From: Dehalococcoidia bacterium
GTDB taxonomy: Bacteria; Chloroflexota; Dehalococcoidia; Lucifugimonadales; UBA1127
NCBI GenBank assembly: GCA_965205235.1
Contig: CBDBGD010000007.1
Location: forward strand, 258,587 to 322,586
Reading direction: 5' to 3'
Length of the DNA: 64,000 nt
Every line of letters begins with the position of its first letter. Position 1 is the stretch's first letter. Positions 38,938 through 46,563 of the stretch are shown piece after piece. The notes under the pieces were generated by a model, which saw only the letters and a program-made list of their open reading frames with translations, did not search any database and was not told the origin of the DNA. The position numbers and the translations under genes were made by a program.

Positions 38938-39894
38938 CTACTTGAGCAGGCTGATGTACGCCTCCTCCAGGGTCGGGTCCCGTACCACCAGCCGTTCGAT
39001 GTTGTCCTCGCCCACGGTATCGGCGATGCGGCTGCGCACGTCCGATCCAGTCTCACTGTGGACCGTCAGTTTCTGAAACGCCTCGTCGCTCCCGACGTCG
39101 ACGTGGCTGACCTGGGGCAGTGCGGTGATCTCCTCTTGGAGACCCGCCCTGGCCTCTCGCAGTGTCACCTCGGTGATTACCACCTTGCTGAAGCGGCGCT
39201 TGATGGTCGTCGGGCTCCCCAGGGCGACGAGCTTGCCCAGGTTGATGATGGCGATGGTGTCGCACAGGGAGTCCGCCTCGAACATGTAATGGGTCGTGAG
39301 CAGGATGGTCTTCCCCTCTGCGGCCAGGACGGGCACCATCTGCCGGACCTCCTGGGCGCCGATGGGGTCCAGGCCGATGGTGGGCTCGTCCAGGAAAAGG
39401 ACCTCCGGGTCGGTGAGCAGCCCCCGGGCTAGGTGGAGCCGCTGCCGCATGCCTCGAGAGTACTCCTCCACCAGGGTCTTGGGCCTGTCGGCGAGCCCCA
39501 CCATCTCCAGCAGGTGATCGATCCGGCGGTTGGCCACACCGGGGTCCATGTGGTTCAACGCCCCGAAGTAGCGCAGGTTCTCCCGCCCCGTCAGGCGGCC
39601 GTACAGGCCCCGGTCGCCGCCGAGCACCAGGCCGATGTGCTTGCGCACCTCCGAGGCCTGCTTGGCAACGTCCGCGCCCAGGACCGTCGCCCGTCCGGCG
39701 GTGGGCGTCAGCAGCGTGGACAGCATCCGGACGGTGGTGGTCTTGCCGGCGCCGTTGGGCCCCAGCAGCCCAAAGACCGCGCCCTGTGGGACGGTCATGG
39801 TCAGCTCATCCAGAGCCACCGTCTCCCGGACCTGGCCCAGGATGCTCCGTGACCTGTAGACTCGCCTCAGTGACTCGCACATAACAACGTCCAT
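38938..39894 (-). CDS. ABC transporter ATP-binding protein (DrrA-like)
   Basis: Walker A GPNGAGKTT, signature YSRGMRQRL, Walker B LFLDEPT. Confidence 0.9.
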   Translation of the reverse strand: MDVVMCESLRRVYRSRSILGQVRETVALDELTMTVPQGAVFGLLGPNGAGKTTTVRMLSTLLTPTAGRATVLGADVAKQASEVRKHIGLVLGGDRGLYGRLTGRENLRYFGALNHMDPGVANRRIDHLLEMVGLADRPKTLVEEYSRGMRQRLHLARGLLTDPEVLFLDEPTIGLDPIGAQEVRQMVPVLAAEGKTILLTTHYMFEADSLCDTIAIINLGKLVALGSPTTIKRRFSKVVITEVTLREARAGLQEEITALPQVSHVDVGSDEAFQKLTVHSETGSDVRSRIADTVGEDNIERLVVRDPTLEEAYISLLK

Positions 39895-39937
39895 TCCTCT
39901 CCCCTTCCCAATCCGTCCGGACTGTCTCCTGATGTGC

Positions 39938-40735
39938 TCATGCGGGCTCCCGCTCCAGGGTTCCCCGAATCTTGACCTCCCGCTCGACGAGGCGGAAGCA
40001 CGCGTAGCCGATCACCGCGTACCCCAAGCCGACCAGGAGCTCTCGGAGGAGTTCCCCCTGCACCTCTGCGAAGCTGGCCCCGGCTAGAGACGCCTTGAGG
40101 GCTAGGAAGCCGTGGGTTATGGGCATCACCTGGGCGATGCGCTCCAGCACCAGAGGCATGCTAGACAGGGGGATGACGATCCCCGTCAGGGTGAGGAAGA
40201 CCCCGAGGCCTACGGAGTAGAGGTTCTCCCAGTCCTGCAAAAAAATCATGAAGTTACCGAGGAACAGCACGAACATGAGGACTGACGTCACGATGAGGAA
40301 AACAGCCAGGATGAAGGGCACCCAGTTCGTCGCGGAGTAGTCCACGCCCAGGAAGATCAGTCCCCCCAGGAGGCCCATGGAGATGGTCACGAAGCCGTTG
40401 GGGTAGTGAGACAGCCCGCGGCTGAAGTAGTGGACAAGGCGGCTGCCCGACGACACGAAGGTCATCGAGAGGGTCCCTACCCACTTCTCCCAGTTGAAGG
40501 CCGGTGCGATCGTCCCCGCCAGGAACACCCCGGCCGCATTGACCGAGATGCCTACGACGATGAGTTTGGCAAGATCCGGGTCGACGGCAAAGCGGCCCAG
40601 GAAGCCGAACAGCATCACCGTCAGCATGGGCCGGATGACCGCGTTGACCAGGTAGGACGACGGGGTCGCCCAGCCGAACCGGGCCTTGAAGCCCAGATAC
40701 AACTGCAGCCACAGGTTGTGTGTGAAGGCGATCAT
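39938..40735 (-). CDS. ABC-2 type transporter permease
   Basis: Polytopic, lies in an operon with the ATPase. Confidence 0.75.
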   Translation of the reverse strand: MIAFTHNLWLQLYLGFKARFGWATPSSYLVNAVIRPMLTVMLFGFLGRFAVDPDLAKLIVVGISVNAAGVFLAGTIAPAFNWEKWVGTLSMTFVSSGSRLVHYFSRGLSHYPNGFVTISMGLLGGLIFLGVDYSATNWVPFILAVFLIVTSVLMFVLFLGNFMIFLQDWENLYSVGLGVFLTLTGIVIPLSSMPLVLERIAQVMPITHGFLALKASLAGASFAEVQGELLRELLVGLGYAVIGYACFRLVEREVKIRGTLEREPA

Positions 40736-41515
40736 CTAGACCCGTCCCAGCATGCCTGTGATTCGAATGCGCTCCTCCACCTTTCGGAACATCCAGACCG
40801 CCGTCAGTAGCCAGACTGCGGCTAGGGCTATCGCGATCGCTCCGTTGACCAGGACGTCGGCCACAGGAGCGCCATTGATGGACCCTACCACTGCCTGCAT
40901 CGCCCAGGAGGTGGGGAAGACCCTGGCCACTGCCTCTAGGACCACAGGGAGGACGCCGATGGGGTAGAGGAAGCCACTGAACACGATGCCGAAGGGGCCG
41001 ATGGTGTTCATGTATCCCTGGGCGCCACCGCTGAGGACGTAGGCCGGCGCAAAGAAGCAGCTGGTGATCACGAGAGCGGCGACGGTGACCAGTAGGGTCG
41101 CTCCGAAGAGCGGCGGGTGAGAAATGTTGGGCAGTTCGCCCAAGACCGCGTACACGGTCACCAGGGAGACAGGCGCGGAGATGGCGGCCACCGTCGTAAT
41201 GGCGAGCACCTTCCCCAGCATGACCACCGCCAGGGGGCTGCGGGAGAGGATCATCGGATCCAGGGTCTGGTTGAAGAACTCCCCGCGCAGCGAATGTCCG
41301 ACGCGGAAGCTGCCCAGGTTCCACATGGTAGCCAGGATCGCACCTACGGGGACGTAAGCCAGGATGGCAGGGTTGTCGCTCTTGCCGGCAATCCAGCCCA
41401 TGACGATCATGTAGGGCACGAAGATGACGAAGATGCCCAGGCTGCCTACCCCCGAGAGGGTTTGCTTCCACTGGACGAGGTAGGCCGCTCTGAGCGCCCG
41501 GAGATGCCCGATCAC
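40736..41515 (-). CDS. ABC-2 type transporter permease
   Basis: Polytopic, first gene of the minus-strand operon. Confidence 0.75.
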   Translation of the reverse strand: MIGHLRALRAAYLVQWKQTLSGVGSLGIFVIFVPYMIVMGWIAGKSDNPAILAYVPVGAILATMWNLGSFRVGHSLRGEFFNQTLDPMILSRSPLAVVMLGKVLAITTVAAISAPVSLVTVYAVLGELPNISHPPLFGATLLVTVAALVITSCFFAPAYVLSGGAQGYMNTIGPFGIVFSGFLYPIGVLPVVLEAVARVFPTSWAMQAVVGSINGAPVADVLVNGAIAIALAAVWLLTAVWMFRKVEERIRITGMLGRV

Positions 41516-41560
41516 CTTCTCAACGCTCCTCTCTCAGGTGCGCTGTCCTCTAGAAACAGT

Positions 41561-41595
41561 AAGGCCCACTACGCTTCGTCTGTGCAGTGGGCCTT
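41561..41595. other. perfect 10-bp inverted repeat (AAGGCCCACT / AGTGGGCCTT, 15-nt spacer)
   Basis: Read directly. It lies ~45 nt upstream of the ABC operon start, at the edge of the gene-poor region. Confidence 0.5.
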
Positions 41596-41932
41596 GTGGG
41601 TGCCTTCTTGTTGGTGTCTAGAATCTACTCATAAGACATCCGGCCCACGAGCGATATGCCGCCACGCCCACAGCGCAAACGCCGGGGCTGCAATGGTGGC
41701 TCGGTTGGTGTGCAGGTTGGACATGAGGCCGGTAGTATAGGCGCAGCGAGGCTGGCTTGTCAACGGGCCGCAGTGCTATGGAGCGAAGTACAAAAATACA
41801 CCCGACTCTAGCTGGCGGGAGATTCCTGCTCGATAGAGGTCGCTGGGACTGCCCGCGAGAGGTGCAAGGAGTGTCAGAGACGGGAGCTCCGGTTACGGGA
41901 GTGCCGAGTGCAGACCAACGACACTCCCCGTC

Positions 41933-42127
41933 TCACCCTGCCCGAGTTTCCGAGCCCCCATCTACCGATGCCTTGTCCGCTCTAGTTGTGTGGTGCTCTC
42001 CGAACATCTTGGCTGATGACCTCACCTTGAAACTGGCCTCGTCGCGCTGTGCGCCAAGCCGCTTGCGAACGGCCTGCGTGATCGCCCAGGTGGTGCAGGT
42101 GAGCGGGGCAGCCAGCACGACCGTCAC
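41933..42127 (-). CDS. small hypothetical protein (64 aa), translationally coupled
   Basis: The GTG start overlaps the upstream stop in a GTGA arrangement. There is one hydrophobic segment (VTVVLAAPLTCTTWAI). Confidence 0.3.
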   Translation of the reverse strand: MTVVLAAPLTCTTWAITQAVRKRLGAQRDEASFKVRSSAKMFGEHHTTRADKASVDGGSETRAG

Positions 42128-42288
42128 CGTAGCCAGCTCAGTAGTGGGAGCAGCAGGTCGTGGTAGCCCAGCAGCGCCTCCATCGTTGCCCCCAGGACCA
42201 GCAGAACCCCAAAGGATGCCAGAAAGGGCTTCGGGTCCATGGCTGTAGCTGCGGCGTCTGTGAGCCTGGCGACCTCGTTCTTTCGCAT
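42124..42288 (-). CDS. small membrane protein (54 aa)
   Basis: GGAAGGAGG lies 5 nt before ATG 42288. There is a TM helix (FLASFGVLLVLGATMEALLGY). Confidence 0.4.
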   Translation of the reverse strand: MRKNEVARLTDAAATAMDPKPFLASFGVLLVLGATMEALLGYHDLLLPLLSWLR

Positions 42289-42387
42289 ACGAGCCTCCTT
42301 CCCGTCCTGTGGGCTCGGAAGGAAGCGCTTGCGGGCCACCACGATTACCTGTACAGTGGGAAAGCGGTTGGGGGTTTCCCACCGTTC

Positions 42388-42437
42388 AAGGCCGCCGGGA
42401 ACAGTGTGCAATCTTACTACCGGCGGCCTTCCCTTTT
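42388..42437 (+). terminator. hairpin AAGGCCGCCGG / CCGGCGGCCTT followed by CCCTTTTG
   Basis: An 11-bp perfect stem (42388-42398 / 42420-42430) with a 21-nt loop and a short T tract. A second hairpin, TGGGAAA / TTTCCCA at 42357-42381, precedes it. Confidence 0.35.
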
Positions 42438-42516
42438 GCGTACAGTATAGGGCCCTCATCCCCTCTCGGGAAGTCCCGTTTCTCTCGGGAGGCATCGGGG
42501 CATGGGAGGCAGTGCG

Positions 42517-42720
42517 ATGAAGGCGATTGTCGTGAAGCGGCTGGAGCGCATTGGCGAGGCCGGACTGTTCCTTGTTGTCTTGGCCTACACCCTCGTCTTC
42601 TTCGCTCACCTAGAGGCGGGTGATGCCCTAGAGATTGCCGTACTGGCGTTCATCGCTCAAATCATAACCCAGGTGCTGATTGGCTTGGTGCAAATGGCTC
42701 GTTCGGAAATGCGCAAATGA
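42517..42720 (+). CDS. small 2-TM membrane protein (67 aa)
   Basis: GGGAGG lies 7 nt before ATG 42517. There are two hydrophobic helices. Confidence 0.4.
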   Translation: MKAIVVKRLERIGEAGLFLVVLAYTLVFFAHLEAGDALEIAVLAFIAQIITQVLIGLVQMARSEMRK

Positions 42721-43504
42721 GTCGCCGGTAGCACCCCTCAGTCTAGCCCCCTCTCGGGATCTCGCGCCGTCCCCCGGCGAGCTTGCTACGGTTTTTCCCG
42801 CAAGGAAGGCTCGCAGAATCCGCCCCGTTTGAATCGAGAGCCGCTTCTTGCGCCTACCCCGCCACCTGATCCTGTTGCCCCGTTGCGGTCCCGTTTCAGG
42901 TTGATGTGTCTCGCAGTAGTGAGGGGCCTCGTGCCCCTTCTCGGTCAGCCAGGGAGCGGGACCGCAACGGCCTACCACGTCCCCCAGGAAGGGGTATTGG
43001 ACTGACCCGAACCGTGTGCCGATGTACAAGACTCCGCCCCGGCACCACGAGCACGAGATTCGGTGCCGGTGCGCTCCAGTGTCCTCCACGGAGGCGATGC
43101 CAAGGCAGTCAGGGACGCCGAGGATGCGGCTCGAGAGGTCTTTGCCCGGTGTTCAGCCCAGAACAGAGCTAGACCGCGAGGGAGCGTTGTGGATAGCCGG
43201 GGTGTTGTTGATTACGCTGCTGGGACTCGTCGCTGTTGTATTCCGTGAGGCGTGGTGGCCCATCGTGTTGTGCGATTGTCGGTCGCGGCCCAATCGTGTA
43301 CGCTGGCGCTGTTAGCCGGAGCGACGGGGGTAGAACCTTATAGAGAATGACCCCCGAGCGTCGGCACAACGTTCCGAGGGTCATTCTCGCGTCTTTCGAG
43401 GCGGGTAGTCTACTCTCGCGTGCGCCTCGCGTGCGCAGTGAGTTTCAGGGTCGTGGTCAGCCAAGATGTTCGGAGAGCGCCACACAACGGAGGTGTGACC
43501 CAAG

Positions 43505-44335
43505 ATGGCTGAAGACCCAAGCATTCTCCCGCCTATCGCAGCGCGTGCGGCTCAGCTAGCTCGCAGTATCGTGCTGCGCAGCTACAGTGCCCTGGTCTTG
43601 AGAGCAGAACTAGATGCCGTGGAGAGGTTGCGCGCTGACCAAACATTGAAGCGGTACAAAGGCCCCAACATCGAAGTTGAGTACGACGTGAGTGAGCGTC
43701 AGCGGAAGGCCGAGAACCTCGTGGCCGCGTTAGATAAGGTGGATGGCATAACGGACTGGACGAAGGTGGACCCGGACGAACTCAATCCTGAGTTTCGCTA
43801 CCGTTGGACACTGGAGGCCATCAACGTTTCCGACAAGACACTCCAAGATTTGTGGGTACGTCTCCTGGCGGGTGAACTCGAATCACCTGGAAGCGTCTCA
43901 AACGCCACAATGACGGTCGTACGCGACATGACCAAGGATGTTGCGGAGGACTTTCGCACGCTCTGCTCTGTGGCACTTTGTAGTACCGATGGGAGTCCGT
44001 TGGTTGTGCCAGCTTACTCTTTTCCCGACCCCTCCGTAGAAGACGACTGGTTGAGGTCTTGTCTAGGCCTAATGGAGTTCTACAGGCTTACCGGAAATGT
44101 CTATAGCGATATGGTTGAGTTCAGCGATACCAAGGCTGAGTTGGCTTTTGTTTGCGAAGGAAAGATGTGGGCAGTTCAACCGTCTTTCAATGCAACGATT
44201 TGCGCCACGTTTAGTCCGGCTGGTATAGAGCTTGGGCGAGTTGTGGAACGCGACCATTCCCTCTGCACTTGGGCTTTAGAGAGGCTTCGAGCAGGCGAGG
44301 GTTGGGAAGTGAGAGAGCCTGGGCCCCCAAGATAG
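43505..44335 (+). CDS. DUF2806-like protein
   Basis: RYRWTLEAINVSDKTLQDLWVRLLAGELESPGSVSNATMTVVRDMTKDVAEDFRTLC fits the W..rf..a..vsd..lq.lWa.lLagE...PgS.S..tl pattern as I recall it. Confidence 0.55.
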   Translation: MAEDPSILPPIAARAAQLARSIVLRSYSALVLRAELDAVERLRADQTLKRYKGPNIEVEYDVSERQRKAENLVAALDKVDGITDWTKVDPDELNPEFRYRWTLEAINVSDKTLQDLWVRLLAGELESPGSVSNATMTVVRDMTKDVAEDFRTLCSVALCSTDGSPLVVPAYSFPDPSVEDDWLRSCLGLMEFYRLTGNVYSDMVEFSDTKAELAFVCEGKMWAVQPSFNATICATFSPAGIELGRVVERDHSLCTWALERLRAGEGWEVREPGPPR

Positions 44336-44504
44336 CCTCATGCCTATTGCGGTGGTCGGTCCAGCTATGCCCCAGCCCGATTATGCACTTCGCTCGTGGT
44401 ATGGGGTTCCGCGATGGCCGGGGAGGAGTCACCCACCATGGGATGTCACGACCTGTTATCTGCGATTCCTGCACGTGTTGACTGCCGAGTTACCGGCTCG
44501 GACA

Positions 44505-45653
44505 TTAGTCACTCAGGTAATCCGCCCAAAGCTGCATCAGGGCGCGGCGGCGCTCGAAGAGATCCGACCGGGCATAGGCCTGCTCGGTCGAGTTGCCCAG
44601 GGTGTGGGCAAGGGCGGCCTCCGACACGGCCCAGGGTGTATCCGTCTGCTCCAGGGTCCAGTTCTTGAAACTGCTCCGAAAGCCGTGGACCGTCGCACGC
44701 TCCGCCAGACCGAGGGACCGCAGCACCTTCGTCAGTGTCATGTCCGACATGGGAGCCTCCGGCTTCAGTGGCGACGGAAACACCAGGCCCGATTCATCCC
44801 GCAAAGCCGATGCCTCTCTGAGAACATCGAGGACTTGCCTGCTTAGGGGCACCCGGTGCTCGACGCCTGCCTTCATCCGTTGGGCCGATATGCGCCAGAC
44901 CTTGCCCTGGAGGTCGATCTCGTCCCAGGTGGCGCTCCTGGCCTCGCCGGAACGGGCAGCGGTGAGCACCAGAAACCGGAAGCAGAGCCTGGCGGCCAAA
45001 GAGGCCTGGGAGGCCTCCACGGTCTCGAGTGCCGCTCCGACGTCCTGGTAGGGCAGCGCTCTGTGGTGGGCGTTGACCTTTGGCATAGGGGGCAACGCCC
45101 CGTCGATGGCTTCACCCGCGGGGTTGGTCTCGATGAAGCCGTGGGCCATGGCCCACCTGAAGATGGTCCGCATCCGCTGGCGCACCCGCCGGGCGGTCTC
45201 GGGCCGGCTAGTCCATATTGGGGTGAGGACGCGCAGCACATCGCCGCGGTCTATCCGGTCCAGGGTAGTGTTGCCAAGTGTCGGCATGGCATGACGCTCC
45301 AGGCTCTGCATCCAGCCGGCGTTGTGCTTGGCGTTGCGCCAGCGGGGTGCATTCGCCTCGTGGACGGCACGGGCGGCCTCTCTGAACGTCGGCATCGCAG
45401 GAGCTCGCTTCTCCGCCAGGGGATCCCGCCCCTCAGCAACGGCCGCTCGGATGCCTGTCGTCTTCTCTCGAGCTTGGGCCAAACTGATGGAGGGGAACGC
45501 TCCTAGACCTATATCCCTTCGCCGTCCGTCGATAGTGATCCGCAGGACCCAGTACTTGCTCCCCGCCTTACTGATGTAGAGGTGCAGACCCCCGCCGTCG
45601 GAATATCGTCCTGGTTGGGTGAGGGCCTTGACCCGGGTCGCCGAGAGTGCCAT
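44505..45653 (-). CDS. int: tyrosine recombinase/integrase, P4-like with DUF4102-type arm-binding N-terminus
   Basis: N-terminus LSATRVKAL..GRYSDGGGLHLYISKAGSKYWVLR. Catalytic residues in LTAARSGEAR, HGFRSSFKNW and LAHTLGNSTEQAYARSD. Confidence 0.9.
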   Translation of the reverse strand: MALSATRVKALTQPGRYSDGGGLHLYISKAGSKYWVLRITIDGRRRDIGLGAFPSISLAQAREKTTGIRAAVAEGRDPLAEKRAPAMPTFREAARAVHEANAPRWRNAKHNAGWMQSLERHAMPTLGNTTLDRIDRGDVLRVLTPIWTSRPETARRVRQRMRTIFRWAMAHGFIETNPAGEAIDGALPPMPKVNAHHRALPYQDVGAALETVEASQASLAARLCFRFLVLTAARSGEARSATWDEIDLQGKVWRISAQRMKAGVEHRVPLSRQVLDVLREASALRDESGLVFPSPLKPEAPMSDMTLTKVLRSLGLAERATVHGFRSSFKNWTLEQTDTPWAVSEAALAHTLGNSTEQAYARSDLFERRRALMQLWADYLSD

Positions 45654-45815
45654 GGAGCCCCTCCGAAGCCAAATCTGTTCCCACACATATTACCACAATT
45701 GGAGTGGGATAGCGAGGGACACAGAGGGCACGGAAGGGCATAGACTCGGTGATTCGCAGCTACGGAATCAAGGGGGTATGGAGCACAAGAGGGCACGGCT
45801 AGAAATAGCGAGCGG

Positions 45816-45901
45816 CGGAGGGGGTGGGATTCGAACCCACGATCCCGCGAGGGGATTCCGGTTTTCAAGACCGGCGCCATCGTCCACTCGGCCACCCCTC
45901 C
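45816..45901 (-). tRNA. tRNA-Ser (anticodon UGA)
   Basis: Folded by hand. Acceptor stem GGAGGGG/CCCCTCC, anticodon arm CCGGT-CTTGAAA-ACCGG, long variable arm ATCCC-CTCGC-GGGAT, T arm GTGGG-TTCGAAT-CCCAC. CCA is not encoded. Confidence 0.9.
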
Positions 45902-46047
45902 GCAACGAGCAACGGACTGCAGCGCCCAGATGCGTGCCGACACCGGACCGCATCGCCTCTATTCTACCAAGGTACGGGCCGTACTCGGAGGCTGTCGCTA
46001 ATCGCATGGTACAATTCGGCGCGACCCGGCAATGGGGGTATCGGACC

Positions 46048-46563
46048 ATGAAAAGCGGAGCAGGGACGGTCGAGGAGTACCTGGCGGAGCTGACACGGGA
46101 GCGGCGTGCTGCGGTGTCCGCCGTCCGCGAGGTCATCCTGGCCAACCTGCCGGAGGGCTACGAGGAGACGATGGACTTTGGGATGGTCTCCTACGTCGTG
46201 CCGCTCGCCCGCTACCCCAAGACGTACAACGGCCACCCCCTGCAGTACGCGGCGGTCTCGTCCGAGAAGAGCTACGTCTCGGTCCACCTCATGGGCATCT
46301 ACGCCGACGCCGAGAGCCAGCAATGGTTCGTCGAGAGTTACAAGGCCACCGGTAAGAAGCTGAATATGGGGAAGGCGTGCGTCCGCTTCAAGAACCTCGA
46401 CGACTTTCCGCTCGACGTGATCGGGGAGGCCGTCGGCCGCACGCCGATGGAGGAGTGGATACGGTACTACGAGGCTGCCCGTTCGGCCAGGAGACCCGCC
46501 AAGCGGAAGCAGGGGTGGGGGAGGGCTACTAACGCCCGGTTAGGCCGGAAGGAACCCCGATGA
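46048..46563 (+). CDS. DUF1801 (YdhG-like) domain protein
   Basis: TVEEYLAEL..ERRAAVSAVREVILANLPEGYEETMDFGMVSY...YVSVHLMG pattern. The ORF-track N-terminus overlapping the tRNA is rejected. Confidence 0.65.
   Translation: MKSGAGTVEEYLAELTRERRAAVSAVREVILANLPEGYEETMDFGMVSYVVPLARYPKTYNGHPLQYAAVSSEKSYVSVHLMGIYADAESQQWFVESYKATGKKLNMGKACVRFKNLDDFPLDVIGEAVGRTPMEEWIRYYEAARSARRPAKRKQGWGRATNARLGRKEPR

Larger units (their letters stand above)
43343..45815. mobile_element. tRNA-Ser-associated integrative element (minimum extent; left end not defined and could reach ~41516)
   Basis: A P4-type integrase lies directly 3' of tRNA-Ser. The cargo has no housekeeping function. No clean att repeat was found by eye. 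Confidence 0.55.

Noticed and set aside
40254-41471. 405-aa minus-strand ORF and other overlapping ORFs across the ABC-2 permease genes
   Set aside because: It is an alternative frame of the permease genes. The permease frames give clean TM helices and paralogy to 35267-36840, and this frame gives Pro/Arg/Gly-rich sequence.
42628-43315. ORFs 42628..43089(-) with a Cys/His-rich segment (CSWCRGG...C....H..C..H) and 43016..43315(+) with one TM helix
   Set aside because: They overlap each other and the better-supported 42517-42720 gene. They have no SD and no family motif. The region is left unannotated.
43311-43335. Possible attL: gapped similarity of AGCCGGAGCGACGGGGGTAGAACC to the tRNA-Ser 3' end (AGCGGCGGAGGGGGTGGGATTCGAACC)
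   Set aside because: It needs several gaps and shares only short G-rich blocks, so it is not distinguishable from chance in GC-rich DNA.
45619-46047. N-terminal 143 aa of ORF 45619..46563, and ORFs 45509..45943(-) and 45768..46145(-)
   Set aside because: They run across the tRNA-Ser gene and the integrase start. The DUF1801 homology begins only at ATG 46048.
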